This document shows positions 21,827-35,552 of a stretch of DNA of 64,000 nt, in pieces. The stretch comes from Eledone cirrhosa. Its lineage: Eukaryota. Made by a program: the position numbers and the translations under genes. How positions within the stretch are numbered: the stretch's first letter is position 1; every line of letters begins with the position of its first letter. The stretch covers positions 53,940,001 through 54,004,000 of the forward strand of contig OZ024740.1 in the NCBI GenBank assembly GCA_964016885.1. Reading direction: 5' to 3'. The notes under the pieces are model-generated. The model saw only the letters and a program-made list of their open reading frames with translations, had not been told where the DNA came from and did no database searches.

Positions 21827-22065
21827 ATTTGGCCAGTGAGTCGTATACTTTGTGCGGTCATTCGACCTGCTAGAAATAGCCGAATGACAACTAATCTCAT
21901 CTGAAGAAACGATACATTAAACAATCCAGTCTTATACACCTCTAAATAGATGAGATGTACGCGGCTAGAATGTCTTTAATCATTGATCGATTCAATCAGT
22001 AAACATCAATAGCTAATATTGATGATGGAGTGGGTTGTGAAATTAAATGCGGAAGAAAAGAATGC

Positions 22066-22262
22066 AGAGGTCGCTCTCCGACAGGTTTGCGGTTGTATCC
22101 TTGGCAGTGGAGACTTCTGGTTTCCTCGGCCCTAGTGCTACTTCCCTATTCAAAACCATAGGTACTGAGCTGGCCAGCCGCAGGTGTGAGCCTCGCGAGC
22201 TGGAATGCCTTTTCCAGCGCGTCACCCTTGCTGTCCTCTGTCCGCCGGGGCTCTGGGGAGGC
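22066..22262 (+). pseudogene. 3' fragment of CRE-type non-LTR element (end of restriction-like endonuclease domain)
   Basis: FAVVSLAVETSGFLG...EPRELECLFQRVTLAVL; similar to 34718-34960. Confidence 0.65.
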
Positions 22263-22312
22263 CACCAATATGATTGACTGACTTGTCATTTTATCAGTCA
22301 GATGTTCCAATG

Positions 22313-22365
<53 letters not shown>

Positions 22366-23689
22366 GTTCATATACATATATATATACAGTATATATATAT
22401 ATACATTCATGTTGAGGTTGTGCCTTCAAGCCAAATCTTGTATCCACTATTCAAAGGATAGTTGATGTTTTGACCAGCTCAGATTTAAATGAGGAGATAT
22501 TAAAATAATCTATACATGACCATTTCCTCTTTGCATTTAGAGATTTTCTGAAGCATACATATCCAATATGTTCGATGCTCCCTTTTGTTTTTTATAGTAG
22601 AGAGGATGTGACTTGAGAAATATGTGGCTGCTATTTCTATAAGCTGCAAAACTTGATTTCTGGCATAAACATAAGACAACAAATTTTTGGTGCGTCCGTC
22701 TCAAAGCTGATGACATGATTCGCCTATGCAGACATGGCTTTCTTGTTTCCCAGTTCAAACGGATTATTTCTCGAAGTCACCTGCTTTTCTAACAATAGTT
22801 CAAGCACCAACACACTCGAGAAGGAGGAGACAAATTCACCTTAATAAACCGAGCTTGCAATATAAGGACGGTTAGTAGGTAGTACACTAGGTAGGCCGAC
22901 GTAAGCGTTTGCTACTCTCACCCGTTCTTTGAATGACAGCGTTCTCCCCGTCCATTACAGAGTGAGATTAATAAATGTTCGTGGCCATCTCCCGTTTCTT
23001 GTTTACACAGAGACGTGTGTAACTCAGATTCGATGCAATTTAACAGATCTGTCAGTCCAGCGGCCGAATTAGCTGCCGGTCGGCATGGGCTTGCCTCTCA
23101 ACATGCCAAATAGCAAGCCCACATATAAGTTCCTGTAATTTGTAGGTATTTTTCATGTTTGATGCTGGCTTTCTCTAAATCTGAGGTCTCAAACATCATG
23201 ACGTAGACCTCCTGTGCACATGTTAACACATTTCTCCAGCAAACCGGTTCAAGCTCATTGGCTGCTTTATCCAAAGTGCAACTATTTTTGTTATTGCGCT
23301 AGTATCGCTGGTATTGTTACTGTTTTGTCGTGCCATTCTTTTTGCTATCATTTTTTGTCACCGTTCTCGCTGCCTTCTTTAACCGAAGGAAAGTGATTGG
23401 CTGGTGTCAACCAAACGTCAACATATCCTTTAATGTTTTAACAGGCAGTAATGGCGTTTTTCTCGTTAGATTTGACATTACTACTCTGCGTAATAGGAGG
23501 GATGCCAACCATGTTGAATCGTGATTGTCACACTCTTTACATAATGAACTAGTGATTTTGAATCTTTCAAAACGTTGTTATCATCCCAATTGCAATAGGA
23601 GACCGAAATACCGTGGCTAGAAGTTTGGATGGTTGGTTAGTTGAATATTCTAAATATAAAATGGTGCTAGAAAATTAAGGCTACAGGAG

Positions 23690-24863
23690 ACAGCTTTTAT
23701 CTAGCCATACAAATGCGGTTAGCGGAAAAACGAAATGCTGAATAAAGAAGAAGAAATAAAAAGAGTAGACCCAAAAAGATTTTACCGAGAAATAAATGAA
23801 AAGTATATAGATGAAGTGATTTCGGTTAAAATTGTAAGCCAAAATTTTGGATCGGCATTTGGAGTAAAGAAAAGGAGCACATGAGGGACGCTGAATGGTT
23901 AGAAGAAATTACACAGACAACAGTTTTCCTACAGTAGGCAGAACTAGTCATATCAGCTAGGGACATGAAGGAAGCCAGAAAAAAAGATGAGCAGCTTGAA
24001 GTCTCCGGGACTAGATGGAGTTCATGGCTACTGGATCAGAAGATTTAGTTAATTCCATGAACAAATAACTGAACAACTCAACACATTGCTAAATGCTGAT
24101 CAAGTAATACCGGAGTGGCTGGACAGATTTGTGCTTAACAGATATCACTAAAGGGAATGTGGTAGACAATTACAGACCGATAACATGCCTACCACTTATG
24201 TGGAGATTATTGACCGGAATAATCACGGAATCAATATACGACCATCTTGAAGAAAATGGAGTCCTACCAGATAAGCAGAAAGGGTTCAAGCGTATGTACA
24301 GCGGTACCAATGACCAGCCTCTGATAGATAAAACAATACTTAAATATAGTAAGAGGAGGAAATCCAACATGACCATGGCGTGGATCGATTACCGCAAAGC
24401 CGATGACATGATTCCGAAGTCTTGGATTATGGAATGTTTATCTTATTTGATATTGCTTCAAATATTGAGTGATTTGTTAAGGAAAAGTATGAAAGAGTGG
24501 AACACTGAACTGGAAGCATATAGAAGAGGTTTAGGGACAATAGAAATCTATAGAAGTATATTCCAAGGAAACAGCTTGTCATCACTGATGTTTGTACTGT
24601 GGATAATACCACTGACAATGGTCTTGAGAAAAGCTAAGGCTAGGTATGAAATCAGAGGTAGTCAGCAAGCAATCAACCACTTAGTATTCATGGACAACCT
24701 CAAGCTTTATGGTAAGAATGAAACCCATCTTGGTTCCCTCGTTGATACGCTGTATACATTTAGTGCTGACATCAGAATGGAGTTCGGATTAAAAACGTGC
24801 GGTGCGTTAATCTTGTACAGAGGCAAAAGTAAAATCATTGAGGGGTTGGTGCTAGGGCATTAG
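23690..24863 (+). pseudogene. Degraded R4/Dong-like non-LTR reverse transcriptase
   Basis: [60 protein letters not shown]; stops and frameshifts. Confidence 0.85.
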
Positions 24864-25227
24864 ACCAGATTGCTAATTTTGAAGTTCCACCGATCACAAT
24901 GCCCGACTTATAGACGGTTGTAAGCGTTTGGTATCATTGTAGATGCCAGGCACCTTGCTTTATCATTTCTACAGCTGAGGTGAGCTGAGGAAAATCGCGT
25001 ATAATTAAAGGTGATTGGAAACATTCCCAGTCTAGGAATATCTCCAGTGACACTACCTACAGAAGAGGTGAGAAAAGACATCGCTGATGAACCGAGTGCT
25101 CGATACAAAACGGCTCTGAGAGGTGCCCCTTTACTTTGAACGTCAATCAGCTGCTGCTGCTCAGAATGGCTACGATCCTATTCCAAAAATCGAGACCAAA
25201 AACGGTCGCACTATAGATGAAGATGAT

Positions 25228-25412
25228 AATAATTGTTTCTACTTTTGGCACAAGGCCAGTAAATACCCAGTACATTACTGGTACTTTATTTTATCGACCC
25301 CGTAAGGATGTAAGGCAAAGTAAACCTCGATGGAATTTGAACTCAGAACGTAAAAGGCCCTAACTCTATGCTTTAAAGCATGGCGTCTGACACTCTACCG
25401 ATACTACCAATT
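25228..25412 (-). mobile_element. tRNA-derived SINE
   Basis: Same consensus as the other copies. Confidence 0.85.
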
Positions 25413-26050
25413 AATAATGATGGTGGTGATGATGGTGATGATGTGGTGATGATGATGATGATAATGATGATGATGGTGGTGATAATGATGATGATGATGA
25501 TGATAATGATGATGGTGATGATGGTGATGATGATGTTGGTAGCGATAGTGGTTGAGGATGGGATGATAATCATTTTGATTATGTCCAGTGGTTGTAATGA
25601 TGACGATTAGATCGTTTAGGTGTTGAAGCCGAACAAGAATAGCGACAATTATGATTTTATTGATGATAGTGTCGATGATGATGATGACTACTTCGATGAT
25701 GTACAACAATGAGCACAATGATGATGATGATGATGGTGGTGATGTTGATAATGCTGATGATGATGCTGATAATGATGATGGTGGGGATGATGATGATGGT
25801 GGTGGTGATGATGGTGGTGGTGGTGGTGATGATGATGATGATGATGACGATGATGATGACGACGATGATGATGATGATCATGGTGATGATGTGATGATGA
25901 CGACGACGACGATGATGATGATGTTTACGATGGTGACGATGATGATGATGATGATGACGACGACGACGATGGTCATGCCTATTATCATAATAATGACGAT
26001 GGTAGTACTGATGAGGTGGATAGGGCAGATGACATGATGGCGATTGTGAT
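25413..26050. repeat. (GAT)n/(GGT)n trinucleotide repeat region
   Basis: Direct inspection. Confidence 0.9.
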
Positions 26051-26552
26051 GATTGTTTTCTATAAAAATAATAAATAAAAATAATGATAAACCAGCACAA
26101 AAGTTCTACGTGGTGAACCACATCCCGCCTTACGTATAAAGTAGGAGAGAGAGAGAGAGAGAGGGGGAGAGAGAGAGGGGAGAGTGGGGAAGGAAAAGGA
26201 GGGAGAAGATATAGCAGAGGGAGTGTGAGATAAGAAGGTCTGACAATAAACAATGTGGAGTAGCCTTTGTCGTCAGCTATTGTCTAGAGCCACATGCATG
26301 CACTCACACACGACCAACATCGTACACATAGACGCATTACACACACATATCTACTCATACACACTAGGAAAAAAAAACATAGTACACACATACACAGACA
26401 GACAGGCACAGACATATGTATACATATATATATATATATAATTGTATATATAACATATACACGGACAGACAGGCACAGAACACATATATATATACATGTA
26501 TATACACACATACACACACACAGAGACACACACATAGAACACATATATATAT

Positions 26553-26638
<86 letters not shown>

Positions 26639-26769
26639 ACACACACAGAGACACACACACACAGAACACATATATATATACATGTATATACACACACGCA
26701 CACACACATATATATATATATATACATGTATATATACATGTATATATATATATATATATACATGTATAT

Positions 26770-26828
<59 letters not shown>

Positions 26829-27170
26829 CACACATACACACACGCAGCAGAGACACACACAGAACACATATATATAGATAGAAGTTCTTTCCACAACAGT
26901 TATCTAAATTTTCTTTTTTCATTTTCTATTAAACTATTTACATGATATATCCCATAAATAAAAGTTAGTGTCTATGTTAATAAACCATTTTCAAGGACGC
27001 GTGTTTCACCTTGCAGATTTTCAACTCGAAAGTTAAAAATCCGCAAGGCGAAACGCGCGTCCTTGAAAATGGGTTAACACCTATTGTGGAACTAACTTCT
27101 ACCGAACTCGTCCCCTCGTCACATGGACTGAGTGTTCTACTACTAAGAATATAGTCTCCCAATGTTTTAC

Positions 27171-27228
<58 letters not shown>

Positions 27229-27234
27229 GTAAAA

Positions 27235-27278
<44 letters not shown>

Positions 27279-27381
27279 TTGCAAGAGATGTCAATATGAA
27301 TGGACCTGTTATTTTTATCTAAAGACAATATTTCCAATTCCAACCCACCCGTCCCCTTAATCTATCTTATTTCTCATTCTT

Positions 27382-27417
27382 TCTTCTGATGAAGAACTGG
27401 CGTCCGAAACGTGAAGA
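27382..27417 (+). ncRNA. Decayed minimal hammerhead (GTG at cleavage site)
   Basis: TCTT-CTGATGA-AGAAC tggc GTCC-GAAAC-GTG-AAGA; homologous to 32741-32776. Confidence 0.5.
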
Positions 27418-27498
27418 CCCTCTTCCTGTTATTTCAAGCGTTAGCCTAATATACCCCTTCCATACACTGTAGCGATTGTGTTTTTATTTCTGTTCACC

Positions 27499-27565
<67 letters not shown>

Positions 27566-28030
27566 CAGTGGAGGACTGGCCAGGTTTCCAGGTTAACCAA
27601 TGGCAACTGGCCGCACGGTAGCATTGCAGGAGCCCACCTTAGCATTGCTGGGCCCACTGTAGTGTTTTAGGGGTCAATGCTTTGCTTAAAAAAATTACCT
27701 GAAATCTAAGAGAAAGAATAAATTATTTTAAAATACAAATAAAACTATAAACAAAGTATTTGGTCAACCAATTCCCCAGGGAATTACTAGAAACCAAAAT
27801 ACACAATAGTGGGAATAGCTGGAATCAGTAGTTGTACATTCTACTAAATCTACAGCTTAGTTCATGCATGCAAACACATATATAGACACAGACAAACAAC
27901 CATATGTATATGCCCATATGTATATGCGAAGAAATACCTATGATGGCTAGTAGATCACTGATGAAGGAAAGTCCCGGCTTCTCTTTCTAATTTTTACTTC
28001 ATATGTATCACATCGCAACAACACAGCACG

Positions 28031-28086
<56 letters not shown>

Positions 28087-28510
28087 TTACACACGAACTA
28101 CTGGCCAAATAATATTTCGTATGAAGGGTTAAAGACATCTGTCAAATCAATTAGTGTATACATATATATATATAATATATATATATATAGACATTAGGAA
28201 AAAGTATGACGCCGAGTCCAGAAATAGCCGTCGAAACGGCTTGAGCTCTGCCGTCGGGGTCATACTTTTTCCTATTTCCCACTCTTCTACCCTAAGTATT
28301 GAGTACTCTGGTGCGTTATTGTCCATCTGGTTCCTTACCACAATTCCTTTGTTATATAGATATATAGATAGATATATACACACACATACACACACGCACA
28401 CACACACACACACATATATATATATAGGGAAGGTAAAAACAACAACGTAGGAGTAAAAGTTATGAAAGGTATTAGGTTCGCGCTTATTGAGAGTGGTGGG
28501 GTGTGGGTGC

Positions 28511-28538
28511 GACGTTTCGGGCATAAGCCCTTCATCAG
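28511..28538 (-). ncRNA. Minimal hammerhead core
   Basis: CTGATGA-A-GGGC ttat GCCC-GAAAC-GTC; stem I poor. Confidence 0.55.
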
Positions 28539-28926
28539 GAGAGTGGTTGGAAGGATAATGAGGAGGAGGGGGAGGAGGAGGAGAAGGACGTGGAAAAAAA
28601 TAAAAATAACACGAGTTGGAAAATATGTTATAATCAAGTGGTGAAAAGATGTGAGGCGTGTAGAGGTGGTGACTGGATGGAGGGGGGGAGGAGTAAGAAA
28701 ACTGGGTCCGAGCGGGGGGAGCGGAAGGTGGAGTGTGTGTGTGTGTGTATGCGTGGATATATGTGTGGGTGTCTGAGGGAGAGCGAGGTTGCATGATATA
28801 TATATATATATATATATGAGCTCAGCTGTCGGGGTCTTACTGGTTCCTATTACCCACTCTACTACCTCAAGTATTGAGTACTTTGGTGCGTTATGGTCCA
28901 CCTGGTTCCTTACCACATTTCCTTCG

Positions 28927-29014
<88 letters not shown>

Positions 29015-30141
29015 TGAGTGAAAGACCAAAGTTCATTATTGAAAGTCTCTGGATTTCGCAAAATACATATTTTTTATTGGAGAAGGTAAGATATTTCCCG
29101 CAAAAATTTGATTGCAGTGTTTTGTTTCAACTGATGTATTTTTTGTAAATGTCTTTTATTCATTATAAAAATTAAATAATACCATTCTATATGTAGGTGG
29201 GCTCCCTTCATCTGGCAACCAATATTTTTAGACCTAATCGGCAACTGAATATATATATATATATTTATATATATAATGCCAATCATTGTAAGTTTGAATC
29301 TAACTGACATGCAAAAACATATATATAGGAATGATGTAAGCCCAAATCATAGTAGATTCAAATATCGCCGAGAGAGGGAGAGAGAGAGAGAGATAGAGGG
29401 AGAGAGATAGAGATAGGGAGACAGAGAGAGAGATATATAAACGGGGGGTGGGGGGAATGAGGTGCAACAGAAATGAAACATGGATTACATTTTAAAATGT
29501 TGTCTAAATAGATGTGAAACAAAACTAGGATGAGTTTATAGAACACCCAAATGATTTAGAAGTCGACCATAAGTAGGAGCAATAACATTAAAAAAGACAT
29601 GAACGACACCACAACACTTTGTTTTGAACATTTTGAAAATAGGTTTATAAGTATAAATTTTCCTAATTTTTTTGTGGTTGTCTCTGTGGCCTAACGGTAG
29701 GCACAAGAGACGGTGGAAACCCTGCCCTTGGGTTCAATCCTGCTCAAGAGGTACTTTTTTTTTTTTTCTTCCAGTTTTTATTTTACAACCAATAGAAAAA
29801 AAAACGGAAAATGTTTACCAGGAGCATATAATGAAAATTGATAATTATAAACCTACTTTCAAAATAAAAGTTAAAAATATGTGTTGGGGTTCATGGTTTT
29901 CCTAGAGCTATTAGTAATATTTAGGGTCAACTTGTCAATCTACTGGCCCTTTGGTAACAACCACATTATCCCTATGGGCGTTTAACTGTTGAATTAATTT
30001 AATTTGATTATTTTAGCAAACAAATAATATATATATATATATAAAAATGAGTGTCACCCCACTGTTGATCAATATGCGCATATGTTTTATGTGTCTCTTG
30101 GGTTGAAAAGGAGGTCAAGTATGTTATAGATCAGTAAATAG

Positions 30142-30190
30142 TTGCTCCGAAGAAACCAAACCTCGGTTTGGAGGAAACAATTGTAAGCAA
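30142..30190 (+). ncRNA. Hammerhead-like motif (CCGAAGA variant core)
   Basis: TTGCT-CCGAAGA-..CCAAAC ctcg GTTTGG..-GAAA-CAATTG-TA-AGCAA. Confidence 0.6.
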
Positions 30191-30226
30191 ATAAATGACT
30201 TAAACTGAACTTTGATTATTGTAATC

Positions 30227-30258
<32 letters not shown>

Positions 30259-30306
30259 TGTATGTATGTATGTATGTATGTATGTATGTATGTATGTATG
30301 TATGTA

Positions 30307-30460
<154 letters not shown>

Positions 30461-30740
30461 TGATGGTAGCTAAGATGCTTCCATAGGCGGTATGCCGGTT
30501 GAGCACCCTATGTTCTTACAGAGCAGAGTATGATAGAATAGAAAGCGAAAAATCAGTGATGCATCTGAATTCAATTTATTGTGAGAGAATATGCTCCGAA
30601 ATCATTTGGCGTGTCCGTCGAACCGGCGGGTCCAGAATCAAACAGATCCACACAATGATCACGTCTCGAGGTGTGCGCCTGCGAAACAATTGTAACACAA
30701 AATAAATTGAGTTCAGATGCATCAATGATTTTTCGTTTTC

Positions 30741-30840
<100 letters not shown>

Positions 30841-31173
30841 AATCATTCTAAGTTTGATTCTGACATACAAAAACATATATATATGAATAAAGGAAGCCCA
30901 AATCATAGTAGATTCAAATATCACAGAGAGAAAGAGAGAGGGGATTGAAATGAGGTGCAACAGAAATGAAACATGGATTACAGGTTAAAATATAGTCTAG
31001 ATAGATGTGAAACAAAACGAGGATGTAGTTTATAGAACACCCAAATGATTTAGAATTCGAACTTAAGTAGGAGCAATAAAATTAAGAAAGACATGTACGA
31101 CACCACAACACTTTGTTTTGAACATTTTGAAAATAGGTTTATAGGTATAAATTTTCATAATTTTTTGGTGGTT

Positions 31174-31245
31174 GTCTCTGTGGCCTAACGGTAGGCACAA
31201 GAGACGGTGGAGACCCTGCCCTTGGGTTCAATCCTGGTCAAGAGG
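31174..31245 (+). other. tRNA-like Pol III unit (second copy at 29680-29751)
   Basis: A-box TGGCCTAACGG, B-box GGTTCAATCC, downstream oligo-T; not a clean cloverleaf. Confidence 0.6.
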
Positions 31246-31309
31246 TACTTTTTTCAGTTTTTATTTTACAACCAATAGAAAAAAACTGAAAAGGCATAAC
31301 GGGAGACCT

Positions 31310-31381
31310 ACTCCTGATCAGGATCGAACTTCACACCAGGATCACCAGAGTCTATGATTCCTCCAACTAGGCCACTGAGAC
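31310..31381 (-). other. tRNA-like Pol III unit, convergent with 31174-31245
   Basis: A-box TGGCCTAGTTGG, B-box AGTTCGATCC, downstream oligo-T on the minus strand. Confidence 0.55.
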
Positions 31382-31768
31382 AGCTACTAAAGTACAATGA
31401 AAATTGATAATTATAAACCTTCTTTCAAAATAAAAGTTAAAAACACGTGGTGTCGTTCATGGCTTTCCTAGAGATATTAGTAACAATTAGGGTCATTATT
31501 GAAAGTCTCTGGATTTCGCAAAATACATAATATTTTTATTGGAGAAGGTAATATATTTTCCCGTAAAAATTGGATTGCACTGTTTTGTTACTACTTATGT
31601 GTGTTTCAGAAGATTCCATTAAGGGTGAAAGCAGCGATACTTTGCTTAAACTTTAATCTTTTATTTTAATAAATATTTGCTCTACGGTTTTTATATATAT
31701 TTATATATATATTCATCCTTATCGAGCCCTCTTCGGATTTTAGTCTTCACATTTATTATTATTTCTAA

Positions 31769-31796
<28 letters not shown>

Positions 31797-31799
<3 letters not shown>

Positions 31800-31988
31800 A
31801 TTGTTGCTACGTTTAACACAAGGCCAGCAATTATCCCAGTGCATTACTGGTAGTTTGTTTTATCGACCCCGTAAGGATGAAAGGAAAAGTTAACCTCGGT
31901 GGGATTTGAACTCAGATCATAAAGGGAGGTAACTCTATGCTTCAAAGCATGGTGCCCGACCCTCTACCGATACTGCCAACCCACTGCA
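31797..31988 (-). mobile_element. tRNA-derived SINE
   Basis: Consensus match to the other copies. Confidence 0.85.
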
Positions 31989-32173
31989 TATATATATAGT
32001 AGTTAGTACCTGTCAAATCAGTGTGAGTGCATCTGTCGTGCACTAACTATTTACTATAGATACACACAACGTTCCCATATATCAAATACTTTACTGAACA
32101 TACTCTTCCTACTCTAAACTGATAAATTCCAACCTGTCTCTCTGTCTATTTATCTGCCTCTCCCCTCTCCTTA

Positions 32174-32235
<62 letters not shown>

Positions 32236-32393
32236 ATGTATATACATATATATATATATTGTTATGTAATAAAAACATAAGATAGTTCATTCATTTACCA
32301 GTGGTTTCTTAAAGACAGATATTTATACCTATCTTCAGTCGTGAGATGAATAACATGGAATGTTTATTAAATATTTAATAAACATTCCATGTC

Positions 32394-32457
32394 ATTCATT
32401 CTGACGACTGAAGATAGATATAAATATCTGTCTTCAAGAAACCACTGGTAAATGAAT
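32394..32457 (+). ncRNA. Type I hammerhead ribozyme within a ~210-bp palindrome
   Basis: ATTCATT-CTGACGA-C-TGAAGATAGATA taaa TATCTGTCTTCA-A-GAAA-CCACTGG-TA-AATGAAT. Confidence 0.72.
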
Positions 32458-32549
32458 TAATATCTTATGTTGTTTATTTCATAATTAAAAAGCTCTGTAG
32501 CCTACATAGAGCACTCTCTTTTCCTTTACCTTTCCTTCGGAAATACTTC

Positions 32550-32655
<106 letters not shown>

Positions 32656-32740
32656 TAAAGGTAAACAGAAATAACAACACAATCGGTACAGTATATGAAA
32701 GGAATATATTAGGTTAACGCTTGAAATACCAGGAAGATGG

Positions 32741-32776
32741 TCTTAACGTTTCGGACGCTAGTCCTTCATCAGAAGA
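32741..32776 (-). ncRNA. Minimal hammerhead ribozyme
   Basis: TCTT-CTGATGA-A-GGAC tagc GTCC-GAAAC-GTT-AAGA. Confidence 0.7.
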
Positions 32777-33384
32777 AAGAGTGAGATATAAGAGAGATTG
32801 AAGGGATCGGCGAGGTAGAATTGGAAAAAAATGTATTTAGCATGTTGACGGTATTAGTGTGGGAGTAAAAAATAGACGAGTGAGAAGCAGAAGGTGGTGT
32901 AAGAAGATTGTAGTATATATATATATGTATGTATGTACGTACGTATGTATGTATATATGTATGTATGAGCGTGTGTATATTTACACACACACATTTAATT
33001 GCCGCAGAAGCTATATACATATGTGTACAGGAGCTGACAAAGAGGCCTGTTCTGTGGTCGATCTACCTGTTACGAAGAGCATTCAACGGTCCCTCAATTA
33101 AAAAGTATTCTTTAAAATAGAAAGCCACATAAAATATATGTAGTATTCTTATATTCTTATATATATATTATATTCTTTGAAAATAGAACGGGTTAGTCAT
33201 GGCTGGAATGCTGTTTATAATTGTACAGCTTTGTTTTGGTGGGTGGTTAAACAACACCAACAATATGCATACATCACTCGCATATGCAAATAAGCATACA
33301 AACAGAAGCACATACACTTGTATATATGCATGTAGTATGTATGCATATATGTATGTATGTATATATGTATGTATGTATGTATGT

Positions 33385-33982
33385 CATCCCACCTGTTGGT
33401 GCTACTGGTAACATAACTTTCATAACATGGTCGGGTCGTTGGTGACTAAACTGGCAACCCCACCAAGGTTTCTTGCTGAGGAGGGGGACTTTGGCCATCT
33501 TGCAAGACTAAAAACAAAACCTGTCAAAGGGCAAAGGAGCTCTTAAGAGTCAATGGTCATCCAAAATCACCGGGAGAGATGACCCCTTAGCCTTTGTCAA
33601 AGCAGAATTCTAGGAGAAGGGAAACTCTTATATAGCACCTGCAACTCTGATGGTATCCAATGATGTTGACTTGTTCTTCTTTTTGGTAAATATCATCTTG
33701 GTTAAGAGAGTGGGACTGGCTTTGTGCAGTGCCTTTGCTCACTATAAAAGCTTCACGGCACAGGCATTGCTTTATATCTGGAGTTCTCTCTGCACTTGTC
33801 ATCACATGGTACCATGAACCCAACACTATGTGTCAATAATTGTCACAAGTGTAGTTATTGTACCAGAGTTTTCAAGTCTCTGGCTGGACTAAAAAGTCAC
33901 ACTTGTTCAGTGCATCGGTAGGGGTTCTCCTACATGGATATAAAGTAGTGGCCGTACTCGAAAACGAGTTGGCAGCCACCAT
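33385..33982 (+). mobile_element. Second copy of the ~600-bp RTE-5'-like element, within (TATG)n
   Basis: Similar to the reverse complement of 17646-18243; same GGCAGCCACCA end. Confidence 0.7.
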
Positions 33983-34717
33983 GTATGTATGCATCTTCTA
34001 GTTTTACTTTTAAACATTTCTCTGCTATAGAATTAAAAAGAGAGAGAAACAGTCTGTGTGTGAGAGAATGTGAAAGATCGTATGTATGTTAATGGAAGAG
34101 AGAGAGAGGCAGAGATAGAGAAAAAGAGAGAGAGAGAGAGAGTGAGAGATAAAGATGGAGAAAAGTAGATAGAGAGCCGCACTCTAACACAAAAACAAGA
34201 ACCTTTCATTGGAATTAAGACCAAATCGGTAAGTCAGTTATGTATGTATGCATGTACGTGTGTGCGTTAGTGTGAATGTGGGCATGTGTGTATGCGCAGA
34301 TATGGATGTGTGCTTTGGGCTATATGTGCTCATATATATATTTTAATATCTATAAGTGTATAGGTAGTTATTACATAAATATCAAAGATCCATTATTTTC
34401 TTATTTAACCACGCTCCTTCTAGTTCTATAAAGACCAGCTTCCCAGAATTTGTGTTGGGGTAATTCTTAATATATCCAACTGTCCCAAAGATCATAGATC
34501 CTTATCTAAATGTAAGGTCAGGGTGGAGAATCTGCTGGTTCTTCATTTGTTCAGTATATTATATTTGGATATATTTGTGTGCGAGACATACTAGAGATAA
34601 AACTATGAATTGAACCGTTTAATAAGGAAACACAGATACGGTGAAGAAAGGTCAAATTTAGAATAAAAGTTTAATTCTCAGGAGATGAAAAAATAATCAG
34701 TGCAGCTATACTTCAGG

Positions 34718-34960
34718 CTGAGGAGGTCGCTCTCCGACGGGTTTGCGGTCATGCTCCTAGAAGTGGAGACTTATGTTGTCTTTGGTCCTAGGGCTACCTC
34801 CCTACTTACCACCATAGGCGATGAGATGGCTAGCCGCAGGTGTCAGCCTCACGAGATGGACTGGCTCTTCCAGCGCATCTCCCTTACCCTCCTTCGGCGA
34901 AAAGCCTTCTCCATTCTGTCCGCCGGGGCTGTGGGGCGGCCAGCAAACGGGACCCCATTT
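34718..34960 (+). pseudogene. 3' fragment of CRE-type non-LTR element (RLE C-terminus)
   Basis: EVETYVVFGPRATSLLTTIG...DWLFQRISLTLLRRKAFSIL. Confidence 0.7.
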
Positions 34961-35214
34961 GCTGATAATACAGATGGAGGCAATGGCAGTCGGGGTTGGG
35001 CTCTTCCGTATTCTATGTTGCTGTTGATACCGAAACCACATTAGCACGACCCTCTTAAGAAGTTAAAGAGAGGAAGAGTGAAATGCAGGAAAGCAAGGTA
35101 AAAATTACCACAAAATAGTAAAACACTTTTGGGCATCTTTTTAAATCACGGCGTTTGTAAATGGGAAATAAGCGAGTTTAGTATGAGCATACAGGTAAAC
35201 GTATATACAATTAC

Positions 35215-35552
35215 CTGTGTGTAGGCACAAGCACAGGAAACAGACAAATATAGTGTGCGCGTGTGGGTACCAGGATATGTGTTGGGTTATAGGAAGTGGG
35301 TGGCGAGTTTAGTGCGGTTGTGTTGGCACAACATGAATTGTTACTCGTGGTTAAGTTTCGAATGGCTTGAGGAGTGGTGAATAGGCTAGGCAATCTAAAC
35401 ACGTTCAAGTTACTGGCGAAGTGTTTGGAACAGAGAATGACATGGAAACCTGGAGAATCGTTTCCGAGACGGATGTTGCGGAGATACCGACGAAACAATC
35501 TGCTAATCGTGAATCGTGCTGGGCTATGTAGAGGGTGTTGCACGATGAACAT
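35215..35552 (-). CDS. Possible first coding exon of a host gene (basic, transit-peptide-like N-terminus)
   Basis: Non-repetitive ATG-initiated ORF ending at CAG|GTAAT donor; acceptor TTACTCTTCTGTAG at ~35681; upstream GAG|GTAAGT donor at 36282. Confidence 0.3.

Noticed and set aside
21560-21830. Hydrophobic Val-rich or Gly-rich ORF
   Set aside because: Derived from (GGT)/(GTA) trinucleotide repeats; no domain or splice support
22480-23560. Non-repetitive tract with Cys/His and KxxKY-like traces on the minus strand
   Set aside because: Motif order does not fit an RLE element and there is no sustained frame; unassignable by eye
25373-26253. Poly-Asp/His/Met ORFs
   Set aside because: (GAT)n microsatellite
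27958-27990. CTGATGAAGGAAAGTCC hammerhead-like start
   Set aside because: No GAAA/stem III follows
29680-29751. Functional tRNA gene
   Set aside because: Acceptor and anticodon stems do not pair well; embedded in a repeat, so treated as tRNA-like only
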